Program-made: the position numbers and the translations under genes
The notes under the pieces: model-generated
Databases searched by the model: none
The model's input: only the letters and a program-made list of their open reading frames with translations
Told to the model about the DNA's origin: nothing
NCBI GenBank assembly: GCA_041494705.1
Contig: JBGQBI010000001.1
Span: 270,001 to 302,000 of the forward strand
DNA: 32,000 bases
Origin: Candidatus Methanoperedens sp.
Lineage (GTDB): Archaea; Halobacteriota; Methanosarcinia; Methanosarcinales; Methanoperedenaceae
Reading direction: 5' to 3'
Part shown: piece by piece, positions 24,730 to 32,000 of the stretch
Layout of the letters: each line of letters begins with the position of its first letter
Position numbering within the stretch: position 1 is the stretch's first letter

Positions 24730-25277
24730 CCAAACAAGATATCAGAGACCTGTTTTAGGGACTGTTCAGTGACATCTCCTAAAATCGTATCATACTTGAA
24801 GTCCAGGACTTCTGTCCCTTCTGCATTCTCAATAACAACGCCGCCGATACAGTCAATTTCGCCAGCATAATCGAGTTTTGTAAGTTTCTTGACTGTTTGC
24901 TTGTCCTTGCTCCTTGAATATATTTTGGCATTATTATTTTCATTTTTCTCGATAATTGATTTAAGAAGCTTCAGGTTTTTCTCAGCCGGAAGTTTTTGGA
25001 CTGCATCTTTTGTAGCCTCATATACTTCATCAAGAATCTCTTTGCGCGCGTTGAGTATAGCTTTCTTGACCTCAAGATTTGCGCTTGAAAGTTCCTGCTG
25101 CCTGAGCCGGTCAATTTCCTTTCTTACGGCAATCTCTTTCACCGTTTTTATCCTTGCGGCTTCGGAATCGGCCTCTTTTAAAATCTTTGAAACTTCCGAT
25201 GAAGTCTCGTCGCTTATCCTGGAAGCTTCGGCTCTACCCTTGGCCTTAATTTCTTCAACTATCGCATCAAGTCCCAT
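24726..25277 (-). CDS. atpE: A-type ATP synthase subunit E
   Basis: 183 aa. The N-terminal half is a charged coiled-coil (MGLDAIVEEIKAKGRAEA ...). There is a 4-nt overlap with atpC. Confidence 0.85.
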   Translation of the reverse strand: MGLDAIVEEIKAKGRAEASRISDETSSEVSKILKEADSEAARIKTVKEIAVRKEIDRLRQQELSSANLEVKKAILNARKEILDEVYEATKDAVQKLPAEKNLKLLKSIIEKNENNNAKIYSRSKDKQTVKKLTKLDYAGEIDCIGGVVIENAEGTEVLDFKYDTILGDVTEQSLKQVSDILFG

Positions 25278-25290
25278 ATTTTTTCACTTT

Positions 25291-25518
25291 TCACGCATTG
25301 AATACGAACAATAATATCAGCGCTACTACCAGGCCAAATATTGCGATGGACTCGGGGATAACGGTCATCAGAAGGCCCTTACCGAAGAATTTTTCATCCT
25401 CAGCCATTGCTCCTACTGCTGCGGCTCCTATGGCCTGTTCGCCCATACCCGCGCCTATTCCTGCAAGACCTATTGCTATTCCTGCTCCTATTGCTATCAT
25501 TCCAGCGTCTGCTACCAT
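25291..25518 (-). CDS. atpK: A-type ATP synthase proteolipid subunit K (c subunit, single hairpin)
   Basis: 75 aa, two Gly/Ala-rich TM helices, with the ion-binding carboxylate in VIPESIAIFG. Confidence 0.9.
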   Translation of the reverse strand: MVADAGMIAIGAGIAIGLAGIGAGMGEQAIGAAAVGAMAEDEKFFGKGLLMTVIPESIAIFGLVVALILLFVFNA

Positions 25519-25523
25519 ATTTT

Positions 25524-27497
25524 TTATTCCTCCATATATTTTTTATTATATCCAAAGGGGATGTATTTTTTACCTCCGCCTTCATAAAATTTAGTGAAAA
25601 ATTCCACGTACTGAAGCCTGAGCGAGTGAAGCCCCGGCCCGAGAATTCCAAGTAAAAGGTTTACTAAATGTCCGATAAAAAGAATCACCACACCAACAAG
25701 CGCAAGACCAATACCTTTACCCATATAGACACCGCCAGGCATGATGAAAAGATCCATGGAAAGCCTATTAACTGCAAGAGCTATTCCGGCCGATGACAGG
25801 CCGATGGCAAGTAACCTTGTGTAGGACAAAACATTGCTGAGTAGCGTGGGTATTTCAAGAATGGATATGAAACCTTCGCCTGCTATCAGAAGTATAAGTC
25901 CTATAATCGCAAGTCCCATCCCTGCTGCGAAAATCGGATCTCTTGTTGGGATTGGCAGCTTTGACATAACGGCCGGCATCAATTTTGCAATAGCCATGAC
26001 ACCGCCTATCAAAATCATCATCCAGCTTCCTTTTGCGAAAATCGCATGTTTTAATCCATGCTCTATTGTATGGTTCCTGAAGCCTATGACCAATCCTAGC
26101 AAGATATGCAGGATTCCAATTACGAGTGTCAAAAGAAGAAGCGGCTGGACATTTTCGAATCTGGGCACAGGCAAATGTATGCCTGCAATCACAGGACCAG
26201 CGATTCCCAGCAGCCCATGTACCATCTCTCCTTTTTCGACTACATTAAAAATAGGGAAACCGAAAAATTCCCCATATATGAAACCGAAAATTATTGAGAA
26301 TATTGATGAGAGGAACAATATCAAAGCAAGTGCATTAAGGCCGCCCGTCTTGAATTTGTTAGTGATGATGTAAGCCAGGGCAGCCACGATAATAGCGTAT
26401 CCTACATCCCCAAGCATTATTGCATAAAAAAGAGGGTATGTGATAAAAAGTACTGACGCCGGGTCTATCTCCCTGTATTTTGGGGTTGCAAATGTATTTA
26501 TTAAAAGTTCAAACGGTTTTGCAGGGACAGGATTTTCAAGCTCAATGGGTATTTCTTCATCTTTTACTTCCTCATCTATCTTTGTCAAATATACAAGTCC
26601 GCCAGTACTCTCCTGCAACTTTGTTTCTATTTCATCAAAATTTCTTGAAGGCACCCATCCGTCTATGATAAAAGCATTGGGACTTGTGGCGAACCGCAGC
26701 GGAGCTTCTGCTTTTTGTGTTTCTATAGAGAGGTATTCATCCGCTTCCATTATGAATTCAGAATATTCTTTCTTAATATTCTCAAGTTCCGATTTTATGG
26801 AAGCATGTTTTTCTTTAAGCGCGGATATCTCTTTCTCAAGCTCATCAAGTATGACAGGCGGATTCCCTTTTAATTGTGGAACCTTTAATTCGATATACGA
26901 ATGTTCTTCCTGAAGTAGTTTTTGAACCTCATCCGCAAAAACCAGAGGGATAAAGAGTGCGAATATCTTTCTTTTTTCATATTCGCCTGTAAATAATTCA
27001 TAGTTATTAGTTATCCCGGAGAGGTTTGATTCTATGTTGGTATCAATATATCCTGCGTAAACTTTTACTGTTTCGTATCCACTGTAAGCTTCAAAGGGTA
27101 ACGGAAGCCCAAAAAAAGGCTTTATCGAGGATGCGAGGTCTTCTTTTTCCTTTATCTTAAATTCTATACCTCTTAATTCATCGAAACGGGATGAAACTTC
27201 TTGCTGGAGCCCAGTGATTTTTTCATCGATATGGGATGGTAATTCTTTTGAACTTATCTTTATGCCGGGTTCTTTTTCACTTATTCCAAGCTGGTTCGAT
27301 ATGGATCTCAGGGAAAGAAGGTATTCCGAGAGTTTTGAAGCTGTTTTTAACGGGCGTCCAATCTTGAAATTTTCAGTCTCTTCCGAATAATCAGTGATAT
27401 GAAGCACATTCAAATTGTGCAGTGCAGAAATAGTAGGCTCCATAAGGTCTTTTGTGCCTGCAATCATGACCCTTGTCATTTTGGTGGGCTTAAGCAT
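25524..27497 (-). CDS. atpI: A-type ATP synthase subunit I (a-subunit homolog)
   Basis: 657 aa: an N-terminal soluble coiled-coil half and a C-terminal polytopic half containing LSYTRLLAIGLSS (conserved Arg). Confidence 0.9.
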   Translation of the reverse strand: MLKPTKMTRVMIAGTKDLMEPTISALHNLNVLHITDYSEETENFKIGRPLKTASKLSEYLLSLRSISNQLGISEKEPGIKISSKELPSHIDEKITGLQQEVSSRFDELRGIEFKIKEKEDLASSIKPFFGLPLPFEAYSGYETVKVYAGYIDTNIESNLSGITNNYELFTGEYEKRKIFALFIPLVFADEVQKLLQEEHSYIELKVPQLKGNPPVILDELEKEISALKEKHASIKSELENIKKEYSEFIMEADEYLSIETQKAEAPLRFATSPNAFIIDGWVPSRNFDEIETKLQESTGGLVYLTKIDEEVKDEEIPIELENPVPAKPFELLINTFATPKYREIDPASVLFITYPLFYAIMLGDVGYAIIVAALAYIITNKFKTGGLNALALILFLSSIFSIIFGFIYGEFFGFPIFNVVEKGEMVHGLLGIAGPVIAGIHLPVPRFENVQPLLLLTLVIGILHILLGLVIGFRNHTIEHGLKHAIFAKGSWMMILIGGVMAIAKLMPAVMSKLPIPTRDPIFAAGMGLAIIGLILLIAGEGFISILEIPTLLSNVLSYTRLLAIGLSSAGIALAVNRLSMDLFIMPGGVYMGKGIGLALVGVVILFIGHLVNLLLGILGPGLHSLRLQYVEFFTKFYEGGGKKYIPFGYNKKYMEE

Positions 27498-27816
27498 TCA
27501 CTGCCCTCTCAAATTCAGTTAAAATAAATTTTGTAGCTTTGGTTATGTTCTTTTTTGCCTTCTTTTTGGTATCTTCGGCTTCCAGAGCACCTTTTTCTAT
27601 GATTTCCCCCTTCTCCTGGTTGATGATTTCCCGCGCCTTACTTATCTCGGATTCTGCGTACTGTTGCGCTTCGTACTCAGATGTTTTTATATTCTCTCTG
27701 GATTTCGCTTTTGTTTCGTTAATCTTCTGGATTCTGGCTTCATTTGCTTGGGCGACTAATTTTTTAGCTTCTTCTTCAGCCTGTTTGATCTCAGTTAAAA
27801 TTTCAGCTCTTGTCAT
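27490..27816 (-). CDS. atpH: A-type ATP synthase subunit H
   Basis: 108-aa highly charged helical protein at the first position of the operon, with an 8-nt overlap with atpI. Confidence 0.75.
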   Translation of the reverse strand: MTRAEILTEIKQAEEEAKKLVAQANEARIQKINETKAKSRENIKTSEYEAQQYAESEISKAREIINQEKGEIIEKGALEAEDTKKKAKKNITKATKFILTEFERAVNA

Positions 27817-27948
27817 TGAATTCCTCTACATGCAAAATAATAGCCTCGTTTTGACTAGCTTGCATAGGAGAGCACCTACTTAAATTATTCGGTTTTAAAT
27901 TGCTTATGCAATAGCGCATCTCTATTTCTAATGAAAAATCGTTTTAAA

Positions 27949-28362
27949 TTATTTTATCACATCTTTTATCACATCATATCCTGCATTAGTCCAGTCCGTT
28001 ATTCCACCTTTCATGTTATAGATTTCTTTAAACCCGTTATTTACAAGTATTCCGCTTGCCTGCGCGCTGCGACTGCCGGATTTGCAATAGACCAGGATTT
28101 TCTTATCACGCGGCAATTCATTTAACCTTTTATCAAGAACCTGCACCGGTATCAGTGTTGAATTTATAATATGCCCTGCATCGTATTCTTCCTGCGTTCG
28201 CACATCAAGGATGAGAACATCGCCGCGGTCGATCATCTCTTTAGCCTGCTGGACGCTGACATCGGTATATTGTGCTTTTTCAGGGGTTGTGGTATTCACG
28301 CATCCGGATAATGTAACCAGAATCAAGGAACATACAAATATGATCAGATAAATTGGTTTCAT
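27949..28362 (-). CDS. rhodanese-domain sulfurtransferase, predicted lipoprotein
   Basis: ILDVRTQEEYDAGHI ... active-site loop YCKSGSRS ... GGITDW. I trimmed the start to ATG 28362 (MKPIYLIIFVCSLILVTLSGC, lipobox-like). Confidence 0.85.
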   Translation of the reverse strand: MKPIYLIIFVCSLILVTLSGCVNTTTPEKAQYTDVSVQQAKEMIDRGDVLILDVRTQEEYDAGHIINSTLIPVQVLDKRLNELPRDKKILVYCKSGSRSAQASGILVNNGFKEIYNMKGGITDWTNAGYDVIKDVIK

Positions 28363-28469
28363 AATTGCTATTATTGTCCTCAAATAATAAGAAATATACT
28401 GGTATAACATGCTGTCAAACACTTTTTATGCGATAGTTTCTTTTAACCATAGTACCAATAAGTACCTTC

Positions 28470-29807
28470 ATGGCAATCCACCCCATCGAATACCGCTACG
28501 GGAACCCTGAGATGAAGGCAGTGTGGAGTGAAGAAGCACGCCTCCGGAAGATGCTTGCAGTTGAAACTGCGCTTGCAAAAGCCGAGGCATTTACAGGTTA
28601 TATCCAAGAAGGGGCAGAAGAGAAAATTGCCGCCGGGGCGGATAAAGTTATACTTGAAAGGGTCAAGGAGATAGAAGATGAAATCCATCACGATGTAATG
28701 GCAGTAGTCCTTGCGCTGGCGGAACAGTCGGGAGACGGAGGGAAATGGGTTCATTTCGGCGCAACCTCCAATGACATCCTGGATACGGCAACAGCCCTCC
28801 AGATAAAAGATGCAATATTCATTTTAAGGAAAGAGACTGCAAAACTGCGTTCAGTATTGCTTGATATGGCTCTCTCGCATAAGAATACAGTATGCGCAGG
28901 ACGCACACACGGCCAGATAGGCGTTCCCACGACATACGGTTTGCGGTTTGCGATATGGGCATCTGAGATAGACAGGCATATCGAAAGACTTGACCAGCTT
29001 GCGCCCCGCGCCACGGTAGGAAAAATGAGCGGGGCGGTCGGCACGCAGGCGGCTTTCGGGAAACAGGGCACCGAGATACAGAAAAAAACAATGGAATTCC
29101 TGGGGATTGAAGCTGCCGATGTTTCAAACCAGATAGTCCAGAGGGACAGGCATGCCGAATTTGTGATGTGGATGGCAAATATTGCTACCACGCTTGATAA
29201 AGTCTGCATCGAGATACGAAGCCTTGCCAGAAGCGAAATAGCGGAAGTGGAGGAGGGTTTCGGGAAGAAACAGGTCGGTTCATCCACGATGCCTCATAAG
29301 CGCAATCCCATAAAATCCGAACAGGTTTGCGGCCTTGCGAGAATCGTGAGGGCGATGGTTGAGCCTGAACTTAGCAATAACACCCTCTGGGACGAGCGCG
29401 ACCTCACCAACTCTTCCTGTGAGCGCATTGTGTTTCCCGAGTCGTGTGTGCTTACTGACCATATAATACGCCTCACCACGACCATTATACAGAACCTGCG
29501 CTTTTATCCAGAGAATATCAGGAAGAACCTGAACCTTCTCAATGGTTTGAATATGGGCGAAGCTATAATGATTGAACTCAGTAAGAAAGGCGTCGGGAGG
29601 CAGGAGGCGCATGAAATCGTCCGCGAGTGCGCAATGTCGGCGCGCGAGACTGGAAGCCACATGAAGGATGGGCTGATTAAGAATAAGACGGTTTCGAAAT
29701 ATCTTACAGAAAAAGAGATAATTACACTGATGAACCCGGATAATTATATAGGCACAGCCGTTATTCAGGTGGAATCCCTTGTAACAAAGCTTAAAAAACG
29801 AAAATAG
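28470..29807 (+). CDS. purB: adenylosuccinate lyase
   Basis: YRYGNPEM ... HFGATSNDILDTA ... GRTHGQ ... GSSTMPHKRNP signature. 445 aa. Confidence 0.95.
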   Translation: MAIHPIEYRYGNPEMKAVWSEEARLRKMLAVETALAKAEAFTGYIQEGAEEKIAAGADKVILERVKEIEDEIHHDVMAVVLALAEQSGDGGKWVHFGATSNDILDTATALQIKDAIFILRKETAKLRSVLLDMALSHKNTVCAGRTHGQIGVPTTYGLRFAIWASEIDRHIERLDQLAPRATVGKMSGAVGTQAAFGKQGTEIQKKTMEFLGIEAADVSNQIVQRDRHAEFVMWMANIATTLDKVCIEIRSLARSEIAEVEEGFGKKQVGSSTMPHKRNPIKSEQVCGLARIVRAMVEPELSNNTLWDERDLTNSSCERIVFPESCVLTDHIIRLTTTIIQNLRFYPENIRKNLNLLNGLNMGEAIMIELSKKGVGRQEAHEIVRECAMSARETGSHMKDGLIKNKTVSKYLTEKEIITLMNPDNYIGTAVIQVESLVTKLKKRK

Positions 29808-29821
29808 AAAGAGGATAATAT

Positions 29822-30274
29822 TTGTTAAGAAAAGCTACCATCAAAGACGTTGAAAAGATATGGAAACTCGTGAACAGTTATGCAGATAGTCACATCATGC
29901 TTCCCCGTTCATTGAGCGAACTGTATGAGAACCTGCGGGATTTTTACGTTGTGATAGAAGATGATAAAATGGTAGGCTGCGGCGCGCTTCATATCACTTG
30001 GGAAGATTACGGGGAAATACTTTCACTAGCAGTCGAGCCTTCAAGGGTCAGGGAGGGGATAGGCTCGCAGCTTCTCAAAGCCTGTGAGGAAGAAGCAAGG
30101 ACTCTTGGATTAAATAAGCTCATAACTCTTACTTATGCTCCTGAATTCTTTGAGAAACACGGTTTTGTTAGAGTGAAAAAAAGCACGCTTCCACATAAGA
30201 TATGGAGCATGTGCATCAAATGCCCGAAGTTCCCTGAGTGCGATGAGATTCCGCTTGTGAAGAAGATAAGTTAA
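29822..30274 (+). CDS. GNAT family N-acetyltransferase (short ArgA-like type with C-terminal Cys cluster)
   Basis: GCGALHI ... LAVEPSRVREGIGSQLL ... FFEKHGF is the acetyl-CoA binding motif region. The C-terminal CIKCPKFPEC cluster is present. TTG start. Confidence 0.8.
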   Translation: MLRKATIKDVEKIWKLVNSYADSHIMLPRSLSELYENLRDFYVVIEDDKMVGCGALHITWEDYGEILSLAVEPSRVREGIGSQLLKACEEEARTLGLNKLITLTYAPEFFEKHGFVRVKKSTLPHKIWSMCIKCPKFPECDEIPLVKKIS

Positions 30275-30571
30275 TTATTTAATATTCGCAAGCAGTTCCT
30301 GCATTCCTTTCGTGTTAAGCCTGACTGTTTCCCCGTCCACCTCTGCATAACACTCTTTCACAAGATAATCGAGCTGGAATTTCAATTGTGATTCTGATAT
30401 GCCAAGCTCTTTATTTATTTCTTTTTTTGTTTTCCCGAAAGCGCCGATGGATTTGACTACCTTCCTCCTGAGTGGGTTTTCAAGAGCCTTGAACATCATC
30501 TGATGGTCATGCGGCGTTTTTATCTCGCAGGCATCCTGTTCCGGTGGGATGGAATCTATTTCGTCGTTCAT
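30275..30571 (-). CDS. winged helix-turn-helix transcriptional regulator (ArsR-like)
   Basis: FKALENPLRRKVVKSIGAFGKTKKEINKELGISESQLKFQLDYLVKECY follows the ArsR/wHTH pattern. It starts 17 nt downstream of the radical SAM gene on the same strand. Confidence 0.65.
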   Translation of the reverse strand: MNDEIDSIPPEQDACEIKTPHDHQMMFKALENPLRRKVVKSIGAFGKTKKEINKELGISESQLKFQLDYLVKECYAEVDGETVRLNTKGMQELLANIK

Positions 30572-30587
30572 TTATATCAACTCTTCA

Positions 30588-31598
30588 TTATCCCACAATC
30601 GGCACCCCTTCCCCGCACTCCGGGCACTTCCCATCCTTAATCTTAATCGCACTCACCCTGAATCCGGCGCGGTCAATCAGCAAAGCATTACACTTCGGGC
30701 AATACGTTTTTTCATACTTGTGCCCTTCATGAACATTACCAAGATAAACAAAACTCATCCCCTCTTTCTTCGCAATATCATACGCCATCTCAAGTGTTTC
30801 TGTCTGCGTCGGAGGGATGTCGTCCATCTTGTACATTGGATAAAATCGCGTGAAATGCATGGGCGTATCCACGCCGAGGTTATCGCGCACCCATCTCACG
30901 ATTTGCGTTAGCTCCTGCGGCGAGTCGTTTTTTGTGGGAATAACCAGCGTTATAACCTCAATGTGCATGCCAAGTTCCTTTGCAAGTTTCGTGGATTCAA
31001 GAACGGGCGCAAGCCTCGCGCCGCAGATTTTCCTGTAAAAATCATCGGAAAACGATTTAATATCCACGCGGAATGCATCAAGATACGGAGCAATCCTTCG
31101 AAGCGCTTCGGGGGTGATGTAACCGTTGGTCACGTAAATCGTCTTTAATCCCGCTTTTTTAGCAAGAACTGCGCTGTCGTATGTGTATTCATGCCAGATG
31201 GCAGGTTCGTTATATGTCCATGCTATTGATTTGCACCCGGTCGCCAGAGCGCGTTTGATTGCCTCTTCAGGCGTTATTTCCATCGTGTACGACTCATCAA
31301 GTGTAGCCTGCGAAATGTTCCAGTTCTGGCAGTGCATGCACCTGAAATTGCATCCGATAGTGCCCAGCGAATACGAAAGTGTTCCGGGCAGGAAATGATA
31401 AAGCGGTTTTTTCTCAATAGGGTCAACGGCTTCACTTGAAACGGTATTATATATCAATGTATAAATTTTCCCGTTCTTATTCTGCCGTGTCCTGCATACC
31501 CCCAGTTTCCCCTCGGCTATCGTACACCTGTGTGAACATACATTGCATTTGACTTTATTGTCCGCAAGTCTGTCAAACAGAACCCCTTCTTTAATCAT
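30588..31598 (-). CDS. AmmeMemoRadiSam-system-type radical SAM enzyme (PflA-like activase family)
   Basis: N-terminal C..C..C (CNVCSHRC ... GVC). IEKKPLYHFLPG. Radical SAM cluster CNFRCMHCQN. C-terminal zinc-ribbon CPKC ... CPEC. Confidence 0.8.
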   Translation of the reverse strand: MIKEGVLFDRLADNKVKCNVCSHRCTIAEGKLGVCRTRQNKNGKIYTLIYNTVSSEAVDPIEKKPLYHFLPGTLSYSLGTIGCNFRCMHCQNWNISQATLDESYTMEITPEEAIKRALATGCKSIAWTYNEPAIWHEYTYDSAVLAKKAGLKTIYVTNGYITPEALRRIAPYLDAFRVDIKSFSDDFYRKICGARLAPVLESTKLAKELGMHIEVITLVIPTKNDSPQELTQIVRWVRDNLGVDTPMHFTRFYPMYKMDDIPPTQTETLEMAYDIAKKEGMSFVYLGNVHEGHKYEKTYCPKCNALLIDRAGFRVSAIKIKDGKCPECGEGVPIVG

Positions 31599-31651
31599 AG
31601 ATTTTGCTCCTATTAACTCCCTCTTTTGGTGCGGATTTTAGCGCAATTAAC

Positions 31652-31717
31652 CACGGAGGGCACAGAGAGCACGAAGAACTGTTATTTTTTTTCTCTGTGT
31701 CCTCTGCGTTCCTGATT
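31652..31717. repeat. 66-nt palindromic element (27-12-27) built from 9-nt units; possible 3' stem-loop/terminator
   Basis: Left arm CACGGAGGG CACAGAGAG CACGAAGAA (31652-31678). Loop ctgttatttttt (31679-31690). Right arm TTCTCTGTG TCCTCTGCG TTCCTGATT (31691-31717). Unit-by-unit pairing including G-U is 8/9, 7/9 and 5/9, counted outward from the loop. It directly abuts the stop codon of the CDC48-like gene. Confidence 0.6.
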
Positions 31718-32000
31718 TCATGCATATATTTCAGGTCTTGATTCTATCTGCTTTGAGCGTTTCTTTCGCAGTTCGTCTTTTATCGTCTCGTAATAACTCA
31801 TTATATCCGAGGTAACAGACGGACCCGTATCATCTATTGCAGCCAGGAAATGCGATTGCCTGACTTTTTCGGCTTTAATATTTTCACGCATCGCGAATCG
31901 CCCTGCTTTCTTGCACACAGCAGCTATGTCTGCGCCTGTGAAGTCTTCAGTCAATTCTACGAGTTTTTCAATTTTCACATCCTTTGCAAGCGCCATTTTC
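31718..32000 (-). CDS. CDC48/VCP-type AAA+ ATPase, C-terminal end (gene runs off the window end)
   Basis: LAKDVKIEKLVELTEDFTGADIAAVCKKAGRFAMRE is the typical AAA lid-domain end of archaeal CDC48. The reading frame is open to the window edge. Confidence 0.75.
   Translation of the reverse strand, partial: KMALAKDVKIEKLVELTEDFTGADIAAVCKKAGRFAMRENIKAEKVRQSHFLAAIDDTGPSVTSDIMSYYETIKDELRKKRSKQIESRPEIYA

Noticed and set aside
25834-26373. 179-aa ORF antisense to atpI
   Set aside because: It lies inside the well-supported atpI membrane domain. It is a shadow ORF with no start context.
28443-29287. Minus-strand ORFs (103, 178 and 119 aa) overlapping purB
   Set aside because: purB is unambiguous (GSSTMPHKRNP signature). 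The antisense products are Cys/Ser/Pro-rich and have no motifs.

Overview
This is an archaeal chromosomal window. By inference it is a Methanosarcinales/ANME-like euryarchaeon: A1AO ATP synthase in the order H-I-K-E-C-F-A-B-D, a Cgi121 KEOPS subunit, PGF-CTERM surface proteins, and no encoded CCA on the tRNA. G+C looks mid-40s % in hand-sampled stretches. All calls rest on reading the supplied translations and hand-folding or hand-aligning DNA; no database search or software was run.

Housekeeping genes:
- gpmI (5' part)
- cgi121
- a nitroreductase
- a HAM1/RdgB NTP pyrophosphatase
- aspartate kinase
- a sugar-phosphate isomerase
- the nine-gene ATP synthase operon (19595-27816, minus strand)
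- a rhodanese lipoprotein
- purB
- a GNAT acetyltransferase
- a wHTH regulator plus an AmmeMemoRadiSam-type radical SAM enzyme
- the 3' end of a CDC48-type AAA ATPase

Accessory or unusual content, most interesting first:
1. A tightly coupled five-gene module: double-domain KaiC, two tiny polytopic membrane proteins, a stand-alone receiver, and a dCache-HAMP-3xGAF histidine kinase (6927-12799).
2. A divergent pair of secreted PGF-CTERM proteins with unrelated heads (Kelch propeller vs LamG). They carry an almost identical ~384-nt stalk module as an inverted repeat (16150-19514).
3. A class II tRNA with a Leu anticodon (UAA) but a Ser-like G73 discriminator. Next to it lie a degenerate copy of its own 5' half and a strongly AT-rich orphan membrane-protein gene (3901-5645).
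4. A NitT/TauT-type ABC substrate-binding protein whose motif order looks circularly permuted (14387-15490).
5. Two 66-nt post-stop palindromic elements with identical 27-12-27 geometry, built from 9-nt units (6748-6813 and 31652-31717).
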